This document shows, piece by piece, positions 38,230 through 48,441 of a stretch of 64,000 bases of DNA (position 1 is its first letter; each line of letters opens with the position of its first letter). Source of the stretch: Mucilaginibacter sp. 44-25. Its GTDB lineage: Bacteria; Bacteroidota; Bacteroidia; Sphingobacteriales; Sphingobacteriaceae. Below the pieces are notes generated by a model that searched no databases, was not told where the DNA came from, and saw only the letters and a list, made by a program, of their open reading frames with translations. The position numbers and the translations under genes were made by a program. The DNA is taken from NCBI RefSeq assembly GCF_001898335.1, contig NZ_MKTS01000007.1, positions 9,311-73,310 of the forward strand, read 5' to 3'.

Positions 38230-40806
38230 ATGAAATTATCCTATTCATATTTTAATAAAGCTTTTTACATAGTATCACTTGTACTTTTATCCTTTACAAC
38301 TTTTGCGCAAACTAAAGTTACGGGTATTGTAACCGATGCCAAAACCAAACAGCCCATGCCGTATGTTACGGTAACCTTTGCAGGTACTACAATAGGGGCA
38401 GGTACCAATACAGATGGGCGCTATACTATTACGACAACACAGGATGTAAAACAGATCCAGGTATCTTTTGTGGGTTTCCGCACAGCTGTTCGCACTATCA
38501 CACCAGGGCTGGAGCAAATTGTTAACGTGGCTCTTAGTGAGGATAATCACAAGTTGAATGAGGTATTGGTTAGATCTGGCAAAAAAAAGAAGTATAGTAA
38601 CAAAAACAATCCCGCCGTTGAACTTATACGCAAAGTAATTGCCCATAAGCAACAAAACCAGGTTGAGAATTACAATTACGCCGAGTATAAGCAATACGAG
38701 CGTATGAATGTATCGTTAAGCAACCTTACAGAAAAGTTTAAAAACAAAAAGATATTTAAAAACTATCAGTTCCTGTTCCGTGAGCAGGCCGATTCAACGG
38801 CGATGGGAGGCAAGATAATGCTGCCTATTTACCAGGAAGAGAAGCTGTCTGACAACTACTACCGTAAAGACCCATATGCAAAAAAGCAAATTATTACAGC
38901 AAGTAAACAGGTAAAATATGATGAGAACTTCGTAGACAATAATGGCCTTAAATCATACTTCGACCGTATGTACCAGGATATTAATATCTACGATAATAAC
39001 GTATCGTTGCTAAGCAACCAATTATTAAGCCCTATTGCTGATAACTCTCCATCGTTCTACAAGTTTTTTATTACTGACACCCTTAAGGACGTACAGCCTA
39101 ATTTGATAGAGTTGAGTTTTACGCCTCGTAACACCAACAATATGCTGTTTGAAGGCCGTATCTATATTACGATGGACGGTAATTATGCGGTACAAAACGC
39201 TTTTCTTACGGTAAATAAAAATATCAACCTCAATTTTGTTCGCCAGCTGCAAGCCAATTTGTCTTTTGAAAAAAATACTGATGGGCGATATCATTTAAGC
39301 CAAAGCGACCTGAAAATTGAGTTTGGTATCAATAAAGAAAAAGGTGGCGGTATGTATGGCGAAAGATTGGTAAGCATCAATAATTTTGTGGTTAACAGCC
39401 CTCGTCCTAAACAAACCTACGAAGGCGCGTCACAGGTAATAGCACTTAATTCTGAAGATAAAGATGACGCTTACTGGAAATCGGCCAGGCCAGATACACT
39501 TGACGCTACTTCGGCCAGTATTTATAAGAATATAGATAGCCTGCAAACCATACCGTCTTTCAAAAAAACAATGGACATTGCTACGCTGCTGCTTGCAGGT
39601 TATAAAAACTTTGGCAAATTTGAGATGGGGCCGGCAAATACTTTCTACAGTTTTAACCCGGTTGAAGGCTTCAGGCTGCGCGTGGGTGGCCGCACTACGC
39701 CCGAGTTGAGCAAACGCTATTATTTTGAAACCTATGGCGCTTATGGTTTCCGCGACGAAAGGTTCAAGTATTTTTTAAGCAGTACTTATTCGCTTAATAA
39801 CAAATCCATTTATTCATTCCCACAGAATTATATCCGCGCCAGTTTCCAGCACGATACTAAAATACCGGGGCAGGAACTACAGTTTGTTCAGGAGAGTAAC
39901 TTCCTGTTATCATTCAAGCGGGGTGTGAATGATATCTGGTTGTATAATGATATTTTCAGGTTAGATTATGTGCATGAGTTCAGCAATCACTTCTCTTATG
40001 CTTTAGGCTTTAAAAAATGGAATCAGAACCCTGCCGGCGCATTAGTTTATCAAAACCTGCTGCCGGATGGCACTCTGAACAATGTTAATGAGATCAAAAC
40101 TACCGAGCTTTCGGCACAATTACGCTGGGCACCGCACGAGCGTTTTTATCAGGGCAAGCTCTATCGTACCCCTATACCGGATAAGTACCCTATATTCACG
40201 CTTAATTACACACAGGGTATAGCCGGTTTCTTTGGCGGTGAGTATAACTACCAAAATGTTATAGGTAATATTAGCAAACGTTTTTACTTTTCTACCTATG
40301 GTTATACAGATGTAACAACCGAGGGCGGATACCTTTTTGGAAAAGTACCTTTCCCGCTGTTGGATATCCATCATGCTAACCAAACCTACGCGTTTCAGTT
40401 ACAATCATATAACTTAATGAACTTCCAGGAGTTTGTAAGCGACCATTATGCCAGCATATTTGTAGATCATAATTTTAACGGGTACTTCTTCAATAAAGTA
40501 CCGTTGTTAAAAAGGCTCAAATTAAGAGAGATTATAGATGTGAAAGCATTATGGGGCGGTATTCGTTCTGAAAATAACCCTAATAATGATCCTTCATTGT
40601 TGCGTTTCCCGCGTAATCTTGGTGAAGCAGGTGAAGGAGGTGTTGGTACTTATACATTAGGAAGCACACCTTACGTAGAAGGAAGTATTGGTGTGGGCAA
40701 CATATTTAAGCTTTTACGTGTCGATCTGGTGAAGCGTTTTACTTATCTTGACCATCCCGGAGCGCCTGAGTGGGGGATAAGGTTTTTTGTTAAGTTTGAC
40801 TTTTAA
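38230..40806 (+). CDS. Outer membrane protein: carboxypeptidase-regulatory-like domain + DUF5686-type barrel
   Basis: Signal peptide; KVTGIVTDAKT.QPMPYVTV...VSFVGF (CarboxypepD_reg-like); ELIRKVI, LSPIA, YSFNPVEGFR, PY.E.SIGV.NIFKLLRVD; C-terminal Phe. Confidence 0.88.
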   Translation: MKLSYSYFNKAFYIVSLVLLSFTTFAQTKVTGIVTDAKTKQPMPYVTVTFAGTTIGAGTNTDGRYTITTTQDVKQIQVSFVGFRTAVRTITPGLEQIVNVALSEDNHKLNEVLVRSGKKKKYSNKNNPAVELIRKVIAHKQQNQVENYNYAEYKQYERMNVSLSNLTEKFKNKKIFKNYQFLFREQADSTAMGGKIMLPIYQEEKLSDNYYRKDPYAKKQIITASKQVKYDENFVDNNGLKSYFDRMYQDINIYDNNVSLLSNQLLSPIADNSPSFYKFFITDTLKDVQPNLIELSFTPRNTNNMLFEGRIYITMDGNYAVQNAFLTVNKNINLNFVRQLQANLSFEKNTDGRYHLSQSDLKIEFGINKEKGGGMYGERLVSINNFVVNSPRPKQTYEGASQVIALNSEDKDDAYWKSARPDTLDATSASIYKNIDSLQTIPSFKKTMDIATLLLAGYKNFGKFEMGPANTFYSFNPVEGFRLRVGGRTTPELSKRYYFETYGAYGFRDERFKYFLSSTYSLNNKSIYSFPQNYIRASFQHDTKIPGQELQFVQESNFLLSFKRGVNDIWLYNDIFRLDYVHEFSNHFSYALGFKKWNQNPAGALVYQNLLPDGTLNNVNEIKTTELSAQLRWAPHERFYQGKLYRTPIPDKYPIFTLNYTQGIAGFFGGEYNYQNVIGNISKRFYFSTYGYTDVTTEGGYLFGKVPFPLLDIHHANQTYAFQLQSYNLMNFQEFVSDHYASIFVDHNFNGYFFNKVPLLKRLKLREIIDVKALWGGIRSENNPNNDPSLLRFPRNLGEAGEGGVGTYTLGSTPYVEGSIGVGNIFKLLRVDLVKRFTYLDHPGAPEWGIRFFVKFDF

Positions 40807-40858
40807 CCATGCTATTTATAAACCAAGTTCAGCTTTTATAGTTTAAACAGTAATAATT

Positions 40859-41326
40859 ATGGCAACACCTTGCATGATAACGGAAGAAACTAAGAAGGTA
40901 GCCCCGAAGCTGGTTTATCTGCTTAAGCGACTGCTTGATGAGTGGATGGTAAAAAAGCTTTGCCGAATTGAGAGACCGGGATTCACCGGCGCGCACCTGC
41001 CACTTTTTATGAGTATAGGCAAAACAGGTATTTCCAACAATGAACTTGCAGGCAAACTGAACGTTTCTAAGCAAGCTACCAGTAAAATGGTAAAAGAGTT
41101 AGAAGCGATTAATTTAGTTAAAAGCCAAAAAAGCCCGGACGATGCACGGGTGGTAATGTTATATTTTACAGCCGAAGGGGAGGAGTTTTACCATAGTCTT
41201 AAAAACGAAGTGAACGGCCTCGAGGAAAAATATAAAAAAGTTGTGGGAGCCAAAAATTACGATATCGCCATTGACGTGATGCTAAAGTTGGTTCAATTTC
41301 ACGAAGAGCATAACTGCACAGAATAA
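40859..41326 (+). CDS. MarR family transcriptional regulator
   Basis: ISNNELAGKLNVSKQATSKMVKELE..NLV...DDARV..LYFT..G. Confidence 0.92.
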   Translation: MATPCMITEETKKVAPKLVYLLKRLLDEWMVKKLCRIERPGFTGAHLPLFMSIGKTGISNNELAGKLNVSKQATSKMVKELEAINLVKSQKSPDDARVVMLYFTAEGEEFYHSLKNEVNGLEEKYKKVVGAKNYDIAIDVMLKLVQFHEEHNCTE

Positions 41327-41383
41327 TTTTAAAATAGAAGTTGTAAATGACAATTAAATGAAACGATGTTAATTTTAACATTG

Positions 41384-41405
41384 TACATTTGCTTAACACT
41401 GTTAA
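41384..41405 (+). promoter_or_regulatory. tetR promoter -7 element with adjacent palindromic operator
   Basis: TACATTTG (41384-41391) followed by TTAACA-C-TGTTAA (41393-41405). Confidence 0.7.
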
Positions 41406-41434
41406 ATAATCTAATAGGAGTAGAAAATTAGTCA

Positions 41435-42037
41435 ATGGCCAGCAAGGACAGAATTGCGAGACTGAAAGAAGAGACCAGGATAAACATCCTGAAGGCTGCC
41501 TTTGATATTGTAAAAACGGAGGGCTGGCAGGCATTAAGCATGCGTAAGATTGCTGACGCCATTGAATATACAGCCCCCATTATATACGAGTACTTTGCTA
41601 ATAAAGAGGCTATTATACTGGAGCTTACCCGCCAGGGGTATTTAAAACTATCTCAAAAGTTGCAGGAGGCTAAGGATAAACATAGCTCACCGGCCAAGCA
41701 ATTGGAGGAAATGTGGCTTACCTACTGGAATTTCGCGTTTGCCAACAAAGAGCTTTACCAGATTATGTTTGGTATAAATGCAAGCTGCAGTTGCGAGATG
41801 GTCAATAAATTACCTGAAGCCGAATGTCCATGGGATATTATAGCCGACTCGATAGGGAAGCTCATGAAAATTGAAGACATGGAATCGGAAGTGATCTGTA
41901 CCAAGTATTACACCTTCTGGTCGGTAGTGCATGGATTGGTATCTATCAACCTGGTAGATCGTGGTAACTCTGATGAGGTTAATAAGCAGGTATTGAGAGA
42001 TGCTATCACTGGTATCATTAGGTCCATCACTCCTTAA
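41435..42037 (+). CDS. TetR/AcrR family transcriptional regulator
   Basis: ILKAAFDIV..EGWQALSMRKIADAIEYTAPIIYEYFANKEAI HTH; C-terminal WSVVHGL. Confidence 0.95.
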   Translation: MASKDRIARLKEETRINILKAAFDIVKTEGWQALSMRKIADAIEYTAPIIYEYFANKEAIILELTRQGYLKLSQKLQEAKDKHSSPAKQLEEMWLTYWNFAFANKELYQIMFGINASCSCEMVNKLPEAECPWDIIADSIGKLMKIEDMESEVICTKYYTFWSVVHGLVSINLVDRGNSDEVNKQVLRDAITGIIRSITP

Positions 42038-42055
42038 AAAATTTAAGCATTTTAA

Positions 42056-42156
42056 AACACCGTTAAACTATTTAACGGTGTTAAATTAAAAACTTTAAAC
42101 TTAAGCAGATATGAAAACGGCAAAAAAAACTTTTAATATTTACTTAACACTGTTAA
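42056..42156. promoter_or_regulatory. Cluster of TetR-type operator repeats upstream of the RND operon
   Basis: AACACCGTTAAA-CTA-TTTAACGGTGTT (42056-42082) and TTAACACTGTTAA (42144-42156), the same motif as at 41393. Confidence 0.7.
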
Positions 42157-42354
42157 ATAGTCTATCAATGTTAACAACTTTTACACTCAGGTACTATTAG
42201 CTACGGTGATATACACACTGAAACTTTACATCTATTAAACCCCAACCTATTTAGCGCCATGTACTATAATAATACAAGAACAACCGACACAATATACATC
42301 AGCAGCTTAAAGGCTGCACTCACATCAAGTAAATCATCATCAAAACTCATCATC

Positions 42355-43482
42355 ATGAAAATTATCTTAGCTGCTATAATAGCAACAGCACTTTTCAGCT
42401 GCTCCAGCGGGCCGCAAACGCCGCAGGCACCGCCCCCTCCGGCATTACCGGTAAGTAGCGTTGAAACCGGCAACAGAACAACTTATCAGGAATATCCTGC
42501 ATCTATCGAGGGTACGGTTAATGTTGAGGTTCGCCCTCAGGTAAGCGGCGCTTTAGACAAAGTATTTGTTGACGAAGGCGCTTTTGTAAAAGCCGGTCAG
42601 CCAATATTTAAGATCAACGATCAGCCATACCGTGCTGCCTTAAATAACGCATTAGCTGCCCAACATGCCGCAGAAGCTGCTTACGCTAACGCTGCATTGG
42701 AGATCGAAAAACTTACTCCGCTTGTACAGAACAAAGTGGTATCAGAATTTCAGTTAAAATCAGCCAAGGCCGCACAACAGGTAGCTAAAGCAAATATCGA
42801 GTCGGCTAAAGCAAACGTTTCAACCGCTCAGATCAACTTAGGGTATACCCTAATAAAAGCGCCTGTAAGCGGTTACATCGGTCGCCTTGAGAAAAAGCAA
42901 GGTAGCCTGGTATCACCGCAGGATGTTACGGCCCTAACTCAGCTTTCAGATGTGCACGATGTGCATGTGTACTTCTCATTAGGTGAAAAAGACTTTGTAG
43001 CCTTTAAAGAGCAATATGCCGGTGCAACTATTCAGGAAAAATTAAAACACCTGCCTGCGGTTGGTTTATTGTTAGCCGATAACACCGAATATTTAAAACA
43101 AGGCCACATAGATATGATCGATGGCCAATTTGATAAAACCACCGGTGCTATTAGCGTTAGGGCAAGCTTCCCTAACCCACAAGGCCTATTACGCTCTGGT
43201 AATACCGGCAAAGTAAGATTAAGCTTGCCGCATCCAAATGCGCTGATCATCCCGCAGGATGCTACCGTTGAAATGCAGGATAAAGTATTTGTTTATGCTC
43301 TTGCCGATAGTAATAAAGTAAAGAAACTGCCTATCACCATCATTGGAACAAGCGGTAACAATTACCTGGTAAAAGACGGTGTTAAAGCCGGTGACCAGAT
43401 AGTGACCAGTGGCGTTGATAAACTGCAGGAAGGTATGGTGATAAAACCGCAGCCGCAGGGTAATAAAGTAGCTGCTAACTAA
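42355..43482 (+). CDS. RND efflux membrane fusion protein
   Basis: Lipobox LFSC, VEVRPQVSG, IKAPVSGYIG, RASFPNP.GLLRSG. ATG 42355 gives a clean signal peptide. Confidence 0.95.
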   Translation: MKIILAAIIATALFSCSSGPQTPQAPPPPALPVSSVETGNRTTYQEYPASIEGTVNVEVRPQVSGALDKVFVDEGAFVKAGQPIFKINDQPYRAALNNALAAQHAAEAAYANAALEIEKLTPLVQNKVVSEFQLKSAKAAQQVAKANIESAKANVSTAQINLGYTLIKAPVSGYIGRLEKKQGSLVSPQDVTALTQLSDVHDVHVYFSLGEKDFVAFKEQYAGATIQEKLKHLPAVGLLLADNTEYLKQGHIDMIDGQFDKTTGAISVRASFPNPQGLLRSGNTGKVRLSLPHPNALIIPQDATVEMQDKVFVYALADSNKVKKLPITIIGTSGNNYLVKDGVKAGDQIVTSGVDKLQEGMVIKPQPQGNKVAAN

Positions 43483-43654
43483 GTAGAATTAAGAGCCGGG
43501 AATCAGGAACCAAGACTCTTGATTCTTATCTCTGACTTCATTCTCAAAACGAAAACAAAGAACCGGGAATTAAGGAACATACACGTTAATTATAGATGGG
43601 AAATACCATCCGTTAGCCACTGCTTTGTCCTCAAATTCCGCAATAATTAATATA

Positions 43655-46600
43655 ATGTTTAAGAAATTTATAGAAAGGCCGGTACTCTCAACCGTTATCT
43701 CTATCCTGTTGGTGATAGTCGGTATCCTCGGCCTTACCAAATTGCCCTTAGAGCGTTTCCCTAATATTGCCCCTCCGGCCGTATTGGTATCTGCTGTTTA
43801 CCCGGGCGCTAACGCCGAAACCATTTTGCGTTCGGTAACCCCTTCACTTGAAGAAGCCATTAACGGTGTAGAGAACATGACCTATATGACCTCTACTGCA
43901 AGTAATGATGGTACGCTGGGTATTACTGTTTATTTTAAACAAGGTACCGACCCGGACCAGGCTGCCGTTAATGTGCAGAACCGTGTTTCGCAAGCTACCA
44001 GCCAGTTACCTGCCGAGGTAGTGCAATACGGTATTACCACCACCAAACAGCAGAACAGCTTTATTGGTGCCATGGCAATATATACTGATGATCCTAAAAA
44101 ATATGATGCAACCTTTGTAGCAAACTATGCCCAGATCAACATCATACCCGAGATCAAACGTATCCCCGGTGTAGGTTCGGCACAGGTATTTGGTGGTGTT
44201 AAAGATTACAGCATGCGTGTTTGGTTGAATCCTGCGCAGATGGCTGCCTACAAAATTACCCCGGCCGAGGTAATGGCCGCTATACAGGATAAAAACTTAG
44301 AAGCTGCACCGGGCCGTTTTGGGGAACGCAGCGATAAGGCTTTTGAATATGTGATCAAGTACAAAGGTAAACTCACCAAACCAGAGGAGTATCAGAATAT
44401 TGCCATACGCGCTAATGCAGATGGTTCTGTACTGCACTTGAAAGATGTGGCACGTGTTGAGCTGGGCGCTTACTCATACAACAGCTACAGTAACCTGAAT
44501 GGTAAAGATGGTGTTATCATCGGTATTATCCAGTTATCAGGCTCTAATGCCAACGAGATACAGATAGCCATTGATAAACTGATGGAGAAAGCATCCAAAA
44601 GTTTCCCTGTGGGTATCAAGTACAATCAGTTCTACCGAACCAAAACAGATTTGGATGAATCTATTAACCAGGTTGAGCATACCCTGATAGAGGCATTCAT
44701 ACTGGTATTTATCGTGGTGTTCTTGTTCTTACAGGATTTCAGGTCGACATTAATACCGGCAATTGCGGTACCGGTGGCTATTGTGGGTACGTTTTTCTTT
44801 ATGAGCCTGTTCGGGTTCTCCATTAACCTGCTTACGCTATTCGCGCTCGTTCTTGCTATAGGGATTGTGGTAGATGACGCCATTGTGGTGGTAGAAGCCG
44901 TGCATGCCAAAATGGAGCACGACCCAAGCCTTACGCCAAAGAAGGCTACTACCGAAGCCATGCACGAAATTACCGGCGCAATCATCTCGATCACGTTGGT
45001 GATGGCAGCAGTGTTCCTGCCAGTAAGTTTCATGACAGGCTCAACTGGCATTTTCTACCGTCAGTTTGCCTTGACCATGGCTATTGCTATCATCATATCT
45101 GCGGTAAACGCGTTAACACTTAGCCCTGCTCTGGCTGCTCTGTTTTTAAAGAATAACCATACAGGTGGTAACCATAATGCGCCGAAGCAAGGTTTTGTAC
45201 AAAGGTTTTATGCAGGCTTTAACGGCAGCTTTAACTACATGACAAACAAATATGTGTCGGGTATTAAAGTGCTGATCAAAAATAAATGGATTAGTGTTGC
45301 CGGTTTAGTTTTATTAACCGCCATTACCATATTTATGGTGAACAGGACTAAAACAGGCTTTATCCCTACCGAAGACCAGGGCTTTGTGGCCATTGCGGTG
45401 TCAACGCCATCGGGTACATCGCTTGCAGGTACTAACAAGATTTTTAAAGATGCTGAAGACCAGTTGAAAACCCTGCCATCTGCAAGGTTCGTTACTGCGC
45501 TATCAGGTTTCAACTTCTTAACGCAATCAAGCAGCCCATCAGCGGGTGTTATATTCCTGCTGTTGAAACCTACCGAAGAACGTGGCGAAGTAAAGAACAT
45601 CGACGAGATACAGAATATCGTTCGTGGTAAATTAGGCGCTGTAACAGGTGGTACTTTCTTCGTGTTCAGTTTCCCTACAGTGCCCGGTTTCAGCAACGTG
45701 GAAGCGCTTGACGTAATGCTGCAAGATAAGACCAACGGCAAGCTGGACAAATTCAGTGGGGTGGCTAATAATTTCATCATGAAGCTGATGCAAAAACCAG
45801 CTGTGGCTTATGCCTTTACCTCATACAAGGCAGATTATCCACAATTGCAATTAGAGATCGACGACGAAAAAGCCAACCAATTGGGTGTGAATGTAAAAGA
45901 CATCCTATCTACTATGCAGGCTTACTTTGGTACCGCGCAGGCATCAGACTTTAACCGCTTTGGTAAATACTACCGTGTGGTTGTACAAGCTGATATTGCC
46001 GATCGCACCGACCCTACAACTATCGACCGTGTATTCGTGAAAAACAAAGCAGGCGAAACCGTGCCTATCAACACCCTGGTTAAACTAACCCGTGTTTATG
46101 GCTCAGAAACCGCCTCCAGGTACAACCTGTTCAACTCTATTGAGGTGAACGCCATACCAAAACCCGGCTACAGTTCCGGTGATGCCATCAAAGCGATTGA
46201 GGAAACCGCTAAAGAGGAATTACCTGCTGGTTATGCCTACGAATTCTCAGGCCAAACCCGTGAGGAGATCTCATCAGGCGGACAATCAACCGTAGTGTTC
46301 CTTCTATGTTTAGTATTCGTGTATTTCCTGTTATCAGCACAGTATGAAAGCTACATCCTGCCATTGGCGGTTATCCTGTCTATCCCTACAGGTATCTTCG
46401 GTACGTTTGCTGTATTGGGCTTAACCGGTATCGAGAATAATATTTACGTGCAGGTAGCGCTTATCATGCTTATCGGCTTGCTGGCCAAGAATGCTATTTT
46501 GATAGTAGAGTTCGCGGTGCAGAAACGCCGCCAGGGAATGAGCTTGGTTAACGCTGCAATAGAAGCTTCCCGACTAAGGATCCGTCCTATCGTGATGACC

Positions 46601-46855
46601 TCACTCGCCTTCGTGTTCGGTTTGTTCCCGATGAGTATTGCAACAGGTCCATCAGCTCAAGGTAACCACTCTATAAGTATTGGTGCTGCCGGCGGTATGG
46701 TGAGCGGTGTAATTTTAGGTTTGTTTATCATCCCGGTATTGTTTGTCATCTTCCAGCATCTGCAGGAAAAGATAAGCGGTACACCGATAGAGAAACACCT
46801 TGATGGTGCCAATGAGGACCAACATGCAAAACAATTGGAACCGGAATTATCATAA
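43655..46855 (+). CDS. RND efflux permease (HAE1 family)
   Basis: FIERPVLS, FPNIAPP, AIGIVVDDAIVVVE, LAKNAILIVEF, RIRPIVMTS. Confidence 0.97.
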   Translation: MFKKFIERPVLSTVISILLVIVGILGLTKLPLERFPNIAPPAVLVSAVYPGANAETILRSVTPSLEEAINGVENMTYMTSTASNDGTLGITVYFKQGTDPDQAAVNVQNRVSQATSQLPAEVVQYGITTTKQQNSFIGAMAIYTDDPKKYDATFVANYAQINIIPEIKRIPGVGSAQVFGGVKDYSMRVWLNPAQMAAYKITPAEVMAAIQDKNLEAAPGRFGERSDKAFEYVIKYKGKLTKPEEYQNIAIRANADGSVLHLKDVARVELGAYSYNSYSNLNGKDGVIIGIIQLSGSNANEIQIAIDKLMEKASKSFPVGIKYNQFYRTKTDLDESINQVEHTLIEAFILVFIVVFLFLQDFRSTLIPAIAVPVAIVGTFFFMSLFGFSINLLTLFALVLAIGIVVDDAIVVVEAVHAKMEHDPSLTPKKATTEAMHEITGAIISITLVMAAVFLPVSFMTGSTGIFYRQFALTMAIAIIISAVNALTLSPALAALFLKNNHTGGNHNAPKQGFVQRFYAGFNGSFNYMTNKYVSGIKVLIKNKWISVAGLVLLTAITIFMVNRTKTGFIPTEDQGFVAIAVSTPSGTSLAGTNKIFKDAEDQLKTLPSARFVTALSGFNFLTQSSSPSAGVIFLLLKPTEERGEVKNIDEIQNIVRGKLGAVTGGTFFVFSFPTVPGFSNVEALDVMLQDKTNGKLDKFSGVANNFIMKLMQKPAVAYAFTSYKADYPQLQLEIDDEKANQLGVNVKDILSTMQAYFGTAQASDFNRFGKYYRVVVQADIADRTDPTTIDRVFVKNKAGETVPINTLVKLTRVYGSETASRYNLFNSIEVNAIPKPGYSSGDAIKAIEETAKEELPAGYAYEFSGQTREEISSGGQSTVVFLLCLVFVYFLLSAQYESYILPLAVILSIPTGIFGTFAVLGLTGIENNIYVQVALIMLIGLLAKNAILIVEFAVQKRRQGMSLVNAAIEASRLRIRPIVMTSLAFVFGLFPMSIATGPSAQGNHSISIGAAGGMVSGVILGLFIIPVLFVIFQHLQEKISGTPIEKHLDGANEDQHAKQLEPELS

Positions 46856-46859
46856 ATTA

Positions 46860-46946
46860 ACTCACCCGGTCTACGCTTCGCTCGACCAACCTCTCTCCGC
46901 TTTGCGGAAAGAGGGTAAAATCAGCCAAGGCGTCGTCGGGGTGAGT
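46860..46946. repeat. REP/MITE-like palindromic element inside the efflux operon
   Basis: Terminal inverted repeats ACTCACCC...GGGTGAGT enclosing the hairpin CCTCTCTCCGC-TTT-GCGGAAAGAGG. Confidence 0.65.
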
Positions 46947-46964
46947 CCTCAACACAACAACAAA

Positions 46965-48374
46965 ATGAAAAAGATATTAAGCGGGCTATTTGTATTATCA
47001 CTAATCATAAGCGCCTGCAACGTTTCCAAAGACGTTAAAACACCAAAACCTGAACTGCCTGTGGCTTTCAGAAACGAAGTAACCACTGCAGATACCAGCA
47101 GTATTGCAGATGTCGAGTGGAAAAACTTTTTTGCTGATGCAACTTTGCAAAAGCTGATAGACGATGCAATCCGCAACAACTATGACTTGCAGATCGCGTT
47201 GAAAAATATTGAATCGTCACGGTTATTGTTCAACCAGATCAAGTTTAATTACACCCCGCAGGTAAACCTTAACGTTACCGCCAACACCACCCGCCCAAGT
47301 GATAACAGCCTTAACGGCTTAAGCCTTGGTCAGTTTCTTGGCTCAAAACATATAGAGGATTACAATGCCAACCTTGGCTTATCATGGGAGGCCGATATCT
47401 GGGGTAAGATCCGCAATCAAAGCAGGGCCGCTTTAGCGCAGTATTTGCAAACAGATGAGGCGCGTAAGGCCATTCAAACTAACATAGTCGCATCCGTTTC
47501 TCAAGGTTACTATAACCTGCTGATGCTGGATGAGCAGTTGCAAATTGCTAAACGCAATGTAACACTAACTGATAGCACACTGCGTATTTTAAACCTGCAA
47601 TTTAATTCAGGACAGGTTACTTCATTGGCCGTTCAGCAAGCCGAGGCACAACGCCTGGCAGCTGCACAACTGGTTCCGGAATTTGAACAGAACATCACGA
47701 TACAGGAAAATGCCTTACGCGTACTTGCAGGTGCCTTGCCTTCCGCAATTGAGCGCAATACCCGTTTAGATCAATTGCCTGTTGCAGAAAATGTGCCTTC
47801 AGGCTTGCCATCAGCCATTGTGAGCCGTAGGCCGGATGTGCGCAGCGCAGAACTGGAGCTTAACGTTGCTAATGCTAACGTAGGTATTGCTGCCGCTAAT
47901 ATGTACCCTTCACTTACCATTACTGCGCAAGGTGGTGTAAACTCCTTCAGGGCCAGCAACTGGTTCAGCCTGCCTGCTTCTTTATTTGGTACGGTGGCCG
48001 GTAGTATTACACAACCGATATTCAACCGCAAAAGGTTAAAAACCCAATACGAAGTGGCTAAGGTTGAACGCGAAAAAACTGTGCTACAGTTTCGTCAATC
48101 GGTATTAAACGCCGTTGGCGAAGTATCAGATGCATTGGTAAAAATAGAAAAGCTTAAAGCGCAACAAGCCATTGCTGCCAACAGGGTAAAAACCTTGCAG
48201 CAGGCAACCGGCAATGCTAACCTGCTGTTTAAAAACGGTATGGCCAATTACCTTGAGGTGATAACCGCTCAAAGTAACGTATTGCAAAGCGAACTGGAAC
48301 TGGCTTCCATTAAGCGCCAGCAGCTAAGCGCCTTGGCAGAGCTTTATCGCTCGCTTGGTGGTGGCTGGAAATGA
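46965..48374 (+). CDS. RND efflux outer membrane factor (NodT/OprM family lipoprotein)
   Basis: Lipobox IISAC, AIRNNYDL, WEADIWGK, RRPDVRSAE, LYRSLGGGW. ATG 46965. Confidence 0.95.
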   Translation: MKKILSGLFVLSLIISACNVSKDVKTPKPELPVAFRNEVTTADTSSIADVEWKNFFADATLQKLIDDAIRNNYDLQIALKNIESSRLLFNQIKFNYTPQVNLNVTANTTRPSDNSLNGLSLGQFLGSKHIEDYNANLGLSWEADIWGKIRNQSRAALAQYLQTDEARKAIQTNIVASVSQGYYNLLMLDEQLQIAKRNVTLTDSTLRILNLQFNSGQVTSLAVQQAEAQRLAAAQLVPEFEQNITIQENALRVLAGALPSAIERNTRLDQLPVAENVPSGLPSAIVSRRPDVRSAELELNVANANVGIAAANMYPSLTITAQGGVNSFRASNWFSLPASLFGTVAGSITQPIFNRKRLKTQYEVAKVEREKTVLQFRQSVLNAVGEVSDALVKIEKLKAQQAIAANRVKTLQQATGNANLLFKNGMANYLEVITAQSNVLQSELELASIKRQQLSALAELYRSLGGGWK

Positions 48375-48399
48375 TCTCTTGTTGATGAGTGATCTGAAG

Positions 48400-48436
48400 A
48401 GCCGCATCCCGACGCAAGTTGGGAGCGGCTTTTTTT
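48400..48436 (+). terminator. Intrinsic terminator of the efflux operon
   Basis: AGCCGC(A)TCCC-N10-GGGAGCGGCT followed by a T run; lies between convergent genes. Confidence 0.75.
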
Positions 48437-48441
48437 AATTA

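Noticed and set aside
19457-45780. Long antisense ORFs (e.g. 19457-19873, 31782-32264, 44632-45051, 45235-45780)
   Set aside because: They lie wholly opposite well-supported genes and have no recognisable motifs; treated as shadow ORFs.
46800-46964. N-terminal extension of the outer membrane factor in the ORF track
   Set aside because: It overlaps the permease end and the repeat element; the signal peptide and lipobox start at ATG 46965.
17106-48374. Recent duplication of the RND efflux operon
   Set aside because: The two sets are clearly divergent at protein level and show only family-wide motifs.
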